This document shows positions 50,316 through 59,821 of a stretch of DNA of 64,000 bases, in pieces. Position numbers and translations under genes: made by a program. The stretch is from Alphaproteobacteria bacterium (GTDB lineage Bacteria > Pseudomonadota > Alphaproteobacteria > GCA-2731375), in NCBI GenBank assembly GCA_965232515.1, contig CBDDPY010000002.1:128001-192000 (forward strand), read 5' to 3'. The stretch's first letter is position 1, and each line of letters begins with the position of its first letter. Under the pieces are notes generated by a model that had not been told where the DNA came from, ran no database searches, and saw only the letters and a list, made by a program, of their open reading frames with translations.

Positions 50316-50882
50316 TCACACGGTTGCATTCACCAATTCCTGAATGCCACTGCTTCGCTCCTCTCGAAGGTCGATGTATCTAAGCCCTCGCAAGTCGTAT
50401 GGCATCTCGCCGTCTGATACCAGAACTGGAATTATCCGCAATCCCTTTGCCCGTGCGATTTCGAGCTCCAGGTCCAAGCTCGGCGTTGCCTGTTTAGACA
50501 ATAAGGCAACGAATGCATCTGACTGATCAATACCCTTCTTGATAGTGTTAAGAATGGGCTGGCCTGGTTCGAGCCTCTCCTGATCCAACCATACGCGTGC
50601 GCCACTCGAACGAAGTGCTTCGGCGATTTCATGTGCAATCGCCTCATCGGTATGCGAATAAGAAACAAAAACACGTCGAGAGAGCCTAAGCTTCATCGCT
50701 AAGCGACTAAGCGTCATGCTAAACACGCCGGCCAAGACGCCCACGGCTAGCGAGAATATCGAAATAAACAACTCGGATACTCCGAGACTCTTTCCAAGTA
50801 TGGCGAGAATAGCCGCTCCCGACGCAACGGTTCCGAGTACCGCAAGAACGGCGGTTGTGCGTGTAATGATCTGGCGGTTCAT
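50316..50882 (-). CDS. TIR-domain protein with two N-terminal transmembrane helices
   Basis: Two hydrophobic segments, then RVFVSYSHTD, VWLDQERLEPG, IKKGIDQSDAFVALLS, DLELEIA, IIPVL, LRGLRYIDL (TIR_2-like). Confidence 0.88.
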   Translation of the reverse strand: MNRQIITRTTAVLAVLGTVASGAAILAILGKSLGVSELFISIFSLAVGVLAGVFSMTLSRLAMKLRLSRRVFVSYSHTDEAIAHEIAEALRSSGARVWLDQERLEPGQPILNTIKKGIDQSDAFVALLSKQATPSLDLELEIARAKGLRIIPVLVSDGEMPYDLRGLRYIDLREERSSGIQELVNATV

Positions 50883-51364
50883 TGCGTTGCTCCCGCCATT
50901 ACGGCTATCAGAGCCAAAATGCCAAAGCCGAGGGGGATCGCAATTCCGACCACGGCAGTCATCTCAGTCTCAGTCTTCCAACCCCACTTACGAACCACAG
51001 TGGACACGCTCCAAAGACCAATGAACAAGAGCGCTATCAACCAGCCGGCTAAAGCCAACCTGCCCGACAAGAGCTGCACTTGCCCTTGTAGAGTTGCAAC
51101 TCTTGCTGAATCGATTGGGATGGCTGCTACGACTTCCGCCAGCTCGTGGTTGGCATCGATGAGAGCCAGGGCCCTGTCGGTCGTAAGGACTACGAACATC
51201 AGGCCAGCGGTGAGCATCAACTCAAGTCCCACGGCGATGTCTTCCTTTCGGAAGGACGTGTACCTATCGTTTCGAGTAGCACATTTCACCGCGATCCCGA
51301 GTGCTGCACTGCCGACGGGGAAAGCTGCGTACCTAAAGAAGGGACTTGCTAGGAATTCTTCCAT
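50879..51364 (-). CDS. Uncharacterised four-TM membrane protein coupled to the TIR gene
   Basis: 161 aa with four hydrophobic segments; its stop overlaps the TIR start (ATGA). Confidence 0.78.
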   Translation of the reverse strand: MEEFLASPFFRYAAFPVGSAALGIAVKCATRNDRYTSFRKEDIAVGLELMLTAGLMFVVLTTDRALALIDANHELAEVVAAIPIDSARVATLQGQVQLLSGRLALAGWLIALLFIGLWSVSTVVRKWGWKTETEMTAVVGIAIPLGFGILALIAVMAGATQ

Positions 51365-51747
51365 GTCAGGCTCGGCGGAAATGCGACACTGCGATCGACA
51401 TATAACATTGCCTGATCTTTACATCACCCGAATCGAATATTCCGAGTAACGCCGTGCTTGTACTCTACCAAATTTAGATTTTAGTGTATATCGGGTCGCG
51501 CCTCAATCTCTGAGGCTGCGCGCTATCCAACTTTTGCTTGGGGTTGTTAAGGCGGACTTATGTTGAGATTTGATGCCACTTTCAAATCTTAGTCTGAGGG
51601 TCGACAGTGTCATAGCCCGCTACAGATTGGCGCGAGCCGTTCCCCGTTAGAAACAGCGTTTAATGGCCGGAAGACCTCAAGCCGATGTTTGTCAACCGCA
51701 GAGAGTTGATGGAAGCTCGGTATCGGTGCAGCTCAATCATTGCCGTC

Positions 51748-53331
51748 TCACCCCGCGCTGACCTTGGCCCAGGGCGACATCACGAAGGAGGCGCCGCTGC
51801 TGCGGCCGGCGTTCATGTCGCGGCCGACGGCGTTGGGGCAGGCGTAGAGCGCGGGGTAGACGCCGTGGGTCGCCGGCTCGGCATTGAAGCGACTGCTCAG
51901 GGCCGCGATCACGTCGGTCGGTAGCGAGGCGTCGATGCTGACGAGGTCCGTCCCGCTGACGTCGACGCGGCCGGTGTGGAACGCGCCGTCCATGTCCATG
52001 CCGTAGTCGGTCAGGAACGAGACGAGCTGGAACACGGCCGGCAGGATGCGCCGGCCGCCCGAGCCGCCGACCGCGAAGCGGAAGCCGTCCCCGCGGTCGA
52101 CGATGGTCGGACACATGTTCGACAAGGGCCTGACGCCGGGACGGAGCGAATTCGGGCCGCCGGGCCGCGGGTCGAACCACATGATGCCGTTGTTCATCGT
52201 GATGCCGGTCTGCGGCAGCACCACCTTGGAGCCGAACACCGACAGCAGCGTCTGGGTCAACGCCACCAGATTGCCTTCCGCGTCGACCACGCTCAGATGC
52301 GTGGTGCAGGACGGATCGGCCGCGTCGCTGCTGTCGCCCATGGTCGCCAGGCGGTGCGCGTAGGCGTCGAGCAGGCTCTGCGCGTAGGCGGTGTAGGCAG
52401 CGGCGTCGGGCCTGTCGCCCAGACTCATTTTCTCGCTCAGCATGGTGAGTGCGTGCCTCAGCGTCGGGCCGGCCGACAGGCCCGGCGCGGCAAACACCGT
52501 GCCGTTGCCGTGGGCCATCGGATCGGCCTTGGTCACGCGGGCTTCGTAGGACGCGAGATCGTCGTCGGCGATCTTGTTGCCGCCGGCATTCAAGTCGGCG
52601 ACCAGCTTGGCGGCGATCTCGCCCTCGTAGAAATCGCGCGGACCGACGTTGGCCAGACGTTTCAGCGTCGCCGCGAGGTTCGTGAGCTGAATGCGGGGCA
52701 GGGGCCCGCCCCATTCGCCAACCGGCGGCACGCCATCCGGCAGATAGATCGATCGGCTGGCCTCGAACCGCGACAGCACCTGGGCGCCCGAGGCGATCTT
52801 CAGCGTCGCGTACCAGTCGACCGGCATACCGGCCTCGGCGCGCTCGATCGCCGGCGCCAGCGACTCGGCCCAGCTCCGCGTGCCGAAGGTTTCGAGCGCC
52901 AGCGAAATCCCGGCGACATAGCCCGGCACGGCGATCGACGGATAGCCGTTGACGTTGCGGTCCTCGACGACGGCCGGCCAGGCGAAAAGGTCCGAGGCCT
53001 GTCCGCCCGCCAGCGGATAGTCGGCCGGGTCGAGGCGCTTGGGCGCCACCATGCCGAACTCGACGGCATGGACATGCGGCTCGCCGACCTTGCCGATCAG
53101 CATGAAACCGCCGCCGCCGAGGCCGCTCATCCAGGGCTCGACCGTGCCGATCGCCAGGCTGGCCGCGACCGCCGCGTCGACCGCGTTGCCGCCGTCGGCC
53201 AGCACCCGCGCGCCAATATCCGACGCGATGTAGTGCTGGCTCGCGACCAGCCCGCCGGCCGACTCGACCGCCGATTTGCGAATGTTCCAGGTCTCCTGAT
53301 AGCGATCGGTGTCCACGCCCGCGCTCCCCAC
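51748..53331 (-). CDS. Gamma-glutamyltransferase family protein
   Basis: GGNAVDAAVA, SGLGGGGF, AVPG, autocleavage site CTTHLSVVD, FGS, NN, GGSGG; no evident signal peptide. Confidence 0.92.
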   Translation of the reverse strand: MGSAGVDTDRYQETWNIRKSAVESAGGLVASQHYIASDIGARVLADGGNAVDAAVAASLAIGTVEPWMSGLGGGGFMLIGKVGEPHVHAVEFGMVAPKRLDPADYPLAGGQASDLFAWPAVVEDRNVNGYPSIAVPGYVAGISLALETFGTRSWAESLAPAIERAEAGMPVDWYATLKIASGAQVLSRFEASRSIYLPDGVPPVGEWGGPLPRIQLTNLAATLKRLANVGPRDFYEGEIAAKLVADLNAGGNKIADDDLASYEARVTKADPMAHGNGTVFAAPGLSAGPTLRHALTMLSEKMSLGDRPDAAAYTAYAQSLLDAYAHRLATMGDSSDAADPSCTTHLSVVDAEGNLVALTQTLLSVFGSKVVLPQTGITMNNGIMWFDPRPGGPNSLRPGVRPLSNMCPTIVDRGDGFRFAVGGSGGRRILPAVFQLVSFLTDYGMDMDGAFHTGRVDVSGTDLVSIDASLPTDVIAALSSRFNAEPATHGVYPALYACPNAVGRDMNAGRSSGASFVMSPWAKVSAG

Positions 53332-53399
53332 TCAAATCATAGCTGCCCTTCTCATATCACAGGCTTCGCCGTTTGCGCTTCCGTGCTAATTTCGGCGCG

Positions 53400-56300
53400 A
53401 TGTATTTCGACCGGCGGCTGTGGGCATTCACCAAGGGCGTGCGGGGTCGGATCTTTGGCGCGGTGGCTGTCGGGCTGCTGTCGGCCGGATTCGGCGTCGC
53501 GCGGTTGGCGCTGCTCGGCTGGCTGCTGGCCAAGCTGTTCGGCGGCGCCAGCCTCGACGACTTGATGCTACCGGCCTTGTTGGTCGCGCTGGCCATGGTG
53601 GTGCGGGGCTGGCTAGAATATTGGCGGACCATGGTTGCGCACCGCACCGCCGCCATCGTCCAGTTGCATCTGCGGCAGCTACTCTACGACAAGGCGGTGG
53701 TGCTGGGGCCGGCGCATTTCGGGCTCGAGCGCACCGGCGACGTGATCAGCTCCATGGTCGAGGGCGTCGAGCAACTCGAAACGTTCTTTGGCCAGTATCT
53801 GCCGCAGCTCTTCGTCTCGGTTCTGACGCCGATCGCTATCTTCGGCTTCGTCGCCTTCCTCGACCTGCCGGTCGCCGCCTTGCTGACAGGCTTTGCCCTG
53901 CTGTCGCTGATCGCGCCGATGGCCTTCCACAGCTGGGACCGCGACAACTCGCTGGCGCGGTCCAAGGCCTACCGGTCATTCGCGGCTGAGTTCCTCGATT
54001 CGGTGCAGGGTCTGGCCACGCTGAAGGCATTCGGGCAGGGACGCGAGCGCGCAAAGGTGCTGGCCGAGAAGGCGCATGACGTGTTCCGCACCACGATGTG
54101 GGTGCTGGGCACCAATACGCTGTCGCGCGGCATCACCGATACCGGCATCGCCGTCGGCGCGGCGGCGACGCTGGCGCTCGGCGCCTATCGCGTCACCGAC
54201 GGCGCCATGTCGCTCGAGGCGCTGCTGATCATCCTGATGATGGGCACGGAAGTGTTCCGGCCGCTGCGCGACCTGCGCACCTATCTGCATCAGGGCATGG
54301 TGGGCGCCTCGGCGGCGCAGGGCATCTACGCCATTCTGGATGCCACGCCGATGATTCCGCCAACGGCCAGTGAGCCCCGCGCGGATCTGGCGCCGACGGT
54401 GACCTTCGAGGACGTGCAGTTCAGCTACCCCGGCGCACGAGGATCAGCGCATAAGGGTCTGAATTTCCATGTTTCCGCCGGCGAGCGGATCGGCATCGTC
54501 GGCCCCAGCGGCGCCGGCAAGTCGTCGATCGTGCGCCTGCTGCAGCGGCTCTACGATCCGCAGGCCGGGCGGGTGCTGCTCGGCGGCGTCGATCTGCGCG
54601 AACTCGGCCTGGCGCAGATCCGCGCGCGTATGGCCGTGGTGAACCAGGACACGTATCTCTTCCACGGCACCGTCGAGGACAATCTGCGGTTCGGAAAGCC
54701 CGATGCCAGTCATCAAGAGTTGGAAGCGGCCGCCCGCGCTGCCAACGCGCATGACTTCATCGAACGCCTGCCGCAGGGCTACCGGACGGTCGTGGGCGAA
54801 CGCGGCATCCGGCTCTCGGGCGGCCAGCGGCAGCGCATCGCCATCGCGCGGGCCCTGCTGCGCGACGCCCCGATCCTGATCCTGGACGAGGCGCTGTCGG
54901 CGGTCGACGCCGAGAACGAGGCGGTGATCCAGGAGGCGCTCAACCGGCTGATGGTCGGCCGCACGACGCTAATCTTCGCCCATCGCCTGTCGAGCGTGAT
55001 CGACGCCGACCGTATCCTCGCCCTGCAGGACGGTCAGATCGTCGAAAGTGGGACGCACGACGAGTTGATGGCGAAGCAGGGCGCCTACTATCGCCTGATG
55101 GCGGCGCAGGCCCAGGACTCGGCCGAGCATCGGGACGATCTGCTGGATGACGCGCGCGAGCGGCGCATCGCCGACGCGCTGCCGGCGCAGACCGACGATG
55201 CGCAGATGGAGCCGACCGACTCCATCCTGCGCGCGGAGGGCATGGGCTGGGGCCGCGCGACCGTCGAGCTGATGCGGCTGATCCTTCCGTGGAAGGGCCA
55301 GATGTCGCTGACCTTCCTGTTCGGAGTCGCCCGCGTCGTCGCCTATATCGGCGTCGGCGTGTTCAGCGCGCTCATCGTCGCCGCGGTGAAGGGCGGCGAG
55401 CCGTTCGGCTGGCTGCTGCTGGCGCTGGCGATCACGGCGCCGCTCGCCGGCCTGCTGCACTGGTTCGAATCCTGGCTCGCGCACGACATGGCATTCCGGC
55501 TGCTGGCCGAGTTACGGGTGGCGCTATTCGACAAGCTGGAGGGCCTGGCGCCAGCCTATCTGCTGCGCCGCCGCACGGGCGATCTGACGGCGATGGCGAC
55601 GCAGGACGTCGAGACGGTCGAATACTTCTTCGCCCATACCGTGGCGCCGGCGTTCGTGGCGGTGCTGGTGCCGGGCGTCGTGCTGGCGACGCTGGTCGCC
55701 TTCGGCTGGCCCATGGCCGCGGCCTTGCTGCCGTTCCTGGCCCTGGTCGCGCTCAGCCCCGTGGTGATGCGCCATCGCATCGACGTGCTCGGCTCGCGGG
55801 CGCGCGAGGCGCTCGGCGACCTCAACGCGCATGCCGTCGACACTATTCAGGGCCTGAGCGAGATCGCCGCCTTTCAGCAGGAGGCGGCGCGGCGCGACGA
55901 GTTCACCCAGCGCATCGAACGGCACCACCGGCTGCGGCTGCCGTTCTTCCGGGACCTGACGATCCAGACGGCGTTGCTCGAGGCCGCGACCGGCCTCGGC
56001 GGCCTCGCGGTCATCGTCGCCGGCGCGTACCTGATCGACAGCGGCGCCGTGACGTCAAGCATCCTGCCGCTGCTGACTCTGTTGGCCATGTCGGCCTTCC
56101 TGCCGGTCTCCGAGATCGCCCATATCGGCCGGCAGCTTGCCGACACCCTGGGCTCGACCCGACGTCTCTACGCCGTGCACAACGAGCCCGTGACCATCAC
56201 CGACGGGCCGGGCGCGCCGGCGGGCTCCGGTTCCGGCGGCGTCTCGCTGGAACTTGAAGACGTCGATTTCGCATATCAGGGCACGACGCGCCGGGCCCTG

Positions 56301-56990
56301 CACGGTGTGAGTTTCGAGGTGCCGGCCGGCCGGACTGTCGCGCTCGTCGGCCCGTCAGGGGCCGGCAAGACCACCATCGCCCACATGCTGATGCGGTTCT
56401 GGGACCCAGCATCGGGCGTGGTGCGCCTGGACGGCCACGACCTGCGCGATTACCGCGCCGACGATTTGCGCCAGCATGTGGCGCTGGTCTCACAGGACAC
56501 GTTCCTGTTCAACGATACGCTGAAGGCCAACATCCTGATCGCCAGGCCGGAGGCTGGCGACGACGAGATCATGCAGGCGCTACAGCGCGCCTCGCTGGAA
56601 GACTTCGTGTCGGCGTTGCCCGACGGCCTCGACACCCGCGTCGGCGAGCGCGGCATGCGCCTCTCGGGCGGCCAGCGACAGCGCGTCGCCATTGCGCGTG
56701 CCGTGCTGCGTGACGCGCCGGTGCTGATCCTCGACGAAGCGACGTCGCATCTCGACGCGGTAAACGAGCAGGCCGTGCGTCATGCGCTCGAGGAACTGAT
56801 GGCCGACCGGACCACCGTCGTCATCGCGCATCGTTTATCGACCGTGCGCAACGCGAATCTGATCGTCGCGCTGGACGAGGGCCGCGTCGCCGAGACCGGC
56901 ACGCACACCGAGCTGCTGGCGCGCGGCGGCCTCTACGCGCAACTCGTGGCCCGGCAACTGGGCGGCAGCGCCGCGTCGGCCGCCGAGTAA
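53400..56990 (+). CDS. Full-length ABC exporter, TMD-NBD-TMD-NBD (CydD-CydC-like fusion)
   Basis: Two TMDs (YLPQL, FLDSVQGLATLKAFG; AHDMAFRLL) and two NBDs with GPSGAGK, LSGGQRQR, LILDEA and AHRLS. ATG 53400. Confidence 0.9.
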   Translation: MYFDRRLWAFTKGVRGRIFGAVAVGLLSAGFGVARLALLGWLLAKLFGGASLDDLMLPALLVALAMVVRGWLEYWRTMVAHRTAAIVQLHLRQLLYDKAVVLGPAHFGLERTGDVISSMVEGVEQLETFFGQYLPQLFVSVLTPIAIFGFVAFLDLPVAALLTGFALLSLIAPMAFHSWDRDNSLARSKAYRSFAAEFLDSVQGLATLKAFGQGRERAKVLAEKAHDVFRTTMWVLGTNTLSRGITDTGIAVGAAATLALGAYRVTDGAMSLEALLIILMMGTEVFRPLRDLRTYLHQGMVGASAAQGIYAILDATPMIPPTASEPRADLAPTVTFEDVQFSYPGARGSAHKGLNFHVSAGERIGIVGPSGAGKSSIVRLLQRLYDPQAGRVLLGGVDLRELGLAQIRARMAVVNQDTYLFHGTVEDNLRFGKPDASHQELEAAARAANAHDFIERLPQGYRTVVGERGIRLSGGQRQRIAIARALLRDAPILILDEALSAVDAENEAVIQEALNRLMVGRTTLIFAHRLSSVIDADRILALQDGQIVESGTHDELMAKQGAYYRLMAAQAQDSAEHRDDLLDDARERRIADALPAQTDDAQMEPTDSILRAEGMGWGRATVELMRLILPWKGQMSLTFLFGVARVVAYIGVGVFSALIVAAVKGGEPFGWLLLALAITAPLAGLLHWFESWLAHDMAFRLLAELRVALFDKLEGLAPAYLLRRRTGDLTAMATQDVETVEYFFAHTVAPAFVAVLVPGVVLATLVAFGWPMAAALLPFLALVALSPVVMRHRIDVLGSRAREALGDLNAHAVDTIQGLSEIAAFQQEAARRDEFTQRIERHHRLRLPFFRDLTIQTALLEAATGLGGLAVIVAGAYLIDSGAVTSSILPLLTLLAMSAFLPVSEIAHIGRQLADTLGSTRRLYAVHNEPVTITDGPGAPAGSGSGGVSLELEDVDFAYQGTTRRALHGVSFEVPAGRTVALVGPSGAGKTTIAHMLMRFWDPASGVVRLDGHDLRDYRADDLRQHVALVSQDTFLFNDTLKANILIARPEAGDDEIMQALQRASLEDFVSALPDGLDTRVGERGMRLSGGQRQRVAIARAVLRDAPVLILDEATSHLDAVNEQAVRHALEELMADRTTVVIAHRLSTVRNANLIVALDEGRVAETGTHTELLARGGLYAQLVARQLGGSAASAAE

Positions 56991-56999
56991 GGGGCCAGG

Positions 57000-58226
57000 A
57001 TGGTCGCTGGCACCGCGGGCGAGGGTACGTCCGCCGATCTGAAGCGTGCGCCGCCGCTGATCATCCTGATCCTGGCGACCATGGCGAGCACGTTCGCGCT
57101 CAATGTGTTCATGCCGTCGATGCCAGGCATCGCGCGGTACTTCGAAACCGATTTCGCCACCGTCCAACTGACGCTGACGCTATTTCTGGTCGGCGTCGCC
57201 TTCGGTCAGCTCTTGTACGGGCCGATCTCCGACCGCTTCGGCCGTCGGCCGGTGCTGTTGGCCGGCATGGTGATTTATCTCGTCGCCAGTATCGGCGCGG
57301 TGTTCGCGACAAGCATCGAAATGCTGATCGCGGCGCGCATGCTGCAGGCCATTGGCGCCTGTTCGGGCATGGTGCTGGCGCGCGCCATGGTCCGCGACGT
57401 CTATGCCCGCGACCGGGCCGCCAGCATGCTGGGCTACGTCACCATGGCGATGGCCGTGGCGCCGGCCATCGCGCCCGCCATCGGCGGCCAGCTCGAGGTC
57501 TGGTTCGGCTGGCGCGCCAGCTTCGTTCTGGTCGCCGGCTTCGCGGTGCTGCTGATCCTGCTTTGTCTGCCCTTGCTGCACGAGACGCATTTCGACCGCA
57601 TTCGGCGCTTCGACCTGACCAGTATGCTGGCGAGCTACGCTTCGCTTGTCCGCTCGCCGCTCTACGCCGGCTATACATTGCACGTGGCCTTCAGCGCCGG
57701 CGCGTTTTTCGCCTTCCTCGGCGGCGCGCCCTATGTGGTGATCGAGCTGCTGGGCGCCAGCCCGCGCGACTACGGCCTCTATTTCCTGCTGGTCGCCGGT
57801 GGCTATTCGGTCGGCAGCTTCGTCGCCGGCCGTTTGTCGCAACGCGTCGGCGTCGATGGCATGATCCTGCTGGGCGTCGGCGTCGCTCTGGTCGGCGTCG
57901 GCGCCATGGCCGCGCTGGCGCTCGCCGGCTATTTCACGCTGGCGGCGATCTTCTTTCCGGTCTCGCTGATCTCGATCGGCAACGGTATCAGCCAGCCGAA
58001 CGGCATCGCCGGCGCGGTCAGCGTCAACCCACGCATCGCCGGCGCCGCGGCCGGTCTGCTCGGCTTCCTGCAGATGGCCATGGGCGGCGTGCTGACCGTG
58101 ATCCTCGGACAGATTCTGACCGACAACCAGATGCCGCTGATCGTGATTATCGCTGTATCGACCCTGCTGGCGCTCGCCTGCCAGCTCTGGGTGCTGTCGC
58201 TGAAGCGGCGGTCGGGTGAAGGCTAA
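57000..58226 (+). CDS. Bcr/CflA-family MFS efflux transporter
   Basis: MPSMP, GQLLYGPISDRFGRRPVL, RAMVRDVY, APAIGG, FGWR; about 12 TM segments. Confidence 0.92.
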   Translation: MVAGTAGEGTSADLKRAPPLIILILATMASTFALNVFMPSMPGIARYFETDFATVQLTLTLFLVGVAFGQLLYGPISDRFGRRPVLLAGMVIYLVASIGAVFATSIEMLIAARMLQAIGACSGMVLARAMVRDVYARDRAASMLGYVTMAMAVAPAIAPAIGGQLEVWFGWRASFVLVAGFAVLLILLCLPLLHETHFDRIRRFDLTSMLASYASLVRSPLYAGYTLHVAFSAGAFFAFLGGAPYVVIELLGASPRDYGLYFLLVAGGYSVGSFVAGRLSQRVGVDGMILLGVGVALVGVGAMAALALAGYFTLAAIFFPVSLISIGNGISQPNGIAGAVSVNPRIAGAAAGLLGFLQMAMGGVLTVILGQILTDNQMPLIVIIAVSTLLALACQLWVLSLKRRSGEG

Positions 58227-59701
58227 GCAGTCGCGGCGGAGCGGCCGGCGATCTTGCCGAACACAGAGCCAGCCATCAGGCCGGTGCCGCCGGGATAGTT
58301 GAAATAGAACAGGCCGCCGACCAGCTCGCCGGCGGCGTAGAGTCCCGGGATCGGTCGGGCGTCGGTGTCGAGCACCTGCGCGTTGCCGTCGACCTTCAGG
58401 CCGCCGAAGGTGAAGGTGATGCCGCAGGTGACGGCATAGGCCTCGAACGGCGGCGTGTCGAGCGTGTTGGCCCAGTTCGATTTCGGCAGGGCAAGCCCTT
58501 CGGTGCCGCGTCCGTCCTTGACGTTGGGATTGAACGGCACGTCGGTTTTCACCGCCGCGTTGTAAGCTTCGACGGTCTTCAGGAAACCCGCCGGGTCGAC
58601 GTCGTCGAGCTGCTCGGCCAGCGCCTCCAGGCTGTCGGCGGATCGTTTGGTGACCTGTCGGATGCGGTATTCGTCACGCAGCAGGTGGGTCACCTTCTGG
58701 TCGAAGACCTGCCAGGCGAACTGGCCCGGCTGCTTCAGCACTTCGCCGCCGTATTTCGCATAGGTGTAGTTGCGGAAGTCGGCGCCCTCATCGACGAAGC
58801 GCTCGCCCCGGGCATTCACCAGAATGCCGAAGGGATAGCTGTGTTTCTGAAAGCCATCACCGACGGCGAGATCGCCGAACTCGGGCGCATTCCGGTCCCA
58901 GCCGACGGCGTGGCAGCCGGACCAGTTGCCGGTCGGCATGGCGCCGATATCGAGCGCCATCCTGATGCCGTCGCCGGTGTTGAAGCGGGTGCCGCGCACG
59001 CGGGCGAGCTCCCAGCCCGGACCGAGATAGCGCGTGCGCATCTCGGCGTTGGCCTCGAATCCGCCGGCCGCCAGCACCACCGATTTCGCGGCGATGTCGC
59101 GCAATTCGCCGTCCTGCTTCACATGCACGCCGTGGACCTTGATCTCGTCGTAGAGCAGCGACAGGGCTCGGCAGTTATAGAATACGTCGACGCCATTCTT
59201 GGCCGCCGCCTCGGTCCAGGCTTCCACCAGGCCGGGACCGCCGCCCCAGGCCTCGACCGTCAGGCCGCCCCAAAACTTGAACTTGCCGTCGACCTTGAAG
59301 GCCTGCCGGCCCCAGATTGGCGCGAAGCGGACGCCCTTCGAACGCATCCAGCGCATGGTCTCGAAGCTGTTGCGCACCAGGATCTCGGCCATGTCGGGGT
59401 CGGTCCGGTACTGGGTCACCCGGAACATATCGTCGAAGAACTGGTCCTCGGTATAGCTGCCGAAATCGGTGTTGGCGATCTCGTCATTGGTGAGATCCGG
59501 CATGAGCTGCCGCAGGTCGTCGATGCCGTTATAGGCGAAGCGGATGGCGCCGGCCGTAAACCGGCTGTTGCCGCCGGACTCGTCGGGTGAGGCACGCTCA
59601 AGCACGGCCACCTTGGCGCCGTTCTCGGCCGCCGACAGGGCGGCGCTAAAGGCGGCGTTTCCGGCGCCCACGACAACGACATCATACGCTTGCTCACTCA
59701 C
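58223..59701 (-). CDS. FAD-dependent tricarballylate dehydrogenase-like flavoprotein (TcuA/CobZ family)
   Basis: VGAGNAA, GGNSRFT, AAGGFEAN, VRGTRFNTG, RFVDEGAD..NYTYAKYG, ITFTFGG, NYPGGTGL. Start GTG 59701 chosen from RBS spacing. Confidence 0.87.
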   Translation of the reverse strand: MSEQAYDVVVVGAGNAAFSAALSAAENGAKVAVLERASPDESGGNSRFTAGAIRFAYNGIDDLRQLMPDLTNDEIANTDFGSYTEDQFFDDMFRVTQYRTDPDMAEILVRNSFETMRWMRSKGVRFAPIWGRQAFKVDGKFKFWGGLTVEAWGGGPGLVEAWTEAAAKNGVDVFYNCRALSLLYDEIKVHGVHVKQDGELRDIAAKSVVLAAGGFEANAEMRTRYLGPGWELARVRGTRFNTGDGIRMALDIGAMPTGNWSGCHAVGWDRNAPEFGDLAVGDGFQKHSYPFGILVNARGERFVDEGADFRNYTYAKYGGEVLKQPGQFAWQVFDQKVTHLLRDEYRIRQVTKRSADSLEALAEQLDDVDPAGFLKTVEAYNAAVKTDVPFNPNVKDGRGTEGLALPKSNWANTLDTPPFEAYAVTCGITFTFGGLKVDGNAQVLDTDARPIPGLYAAGELVGGLFYFNYPGGTGLMAGSVFGKIAGRSAATA

Positions 59702-59821
59702 CGGCATCCTCCCTCGATCGCGGCGACCGTATCCTAGCACCAATGCCATGGCGCGGCGTGACGGCGGGCCGATCGGCGCTTATGATCGGGGCCGGGGATG
59801 CATCAGGACGAGCCGCCGCGC

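Noticed and set aside
50063-51747. Islet as a prophage, IS element or integron cassette
   Set aside because: No integrase, transposase, terminal inverted repeats or convincing attC site seen.
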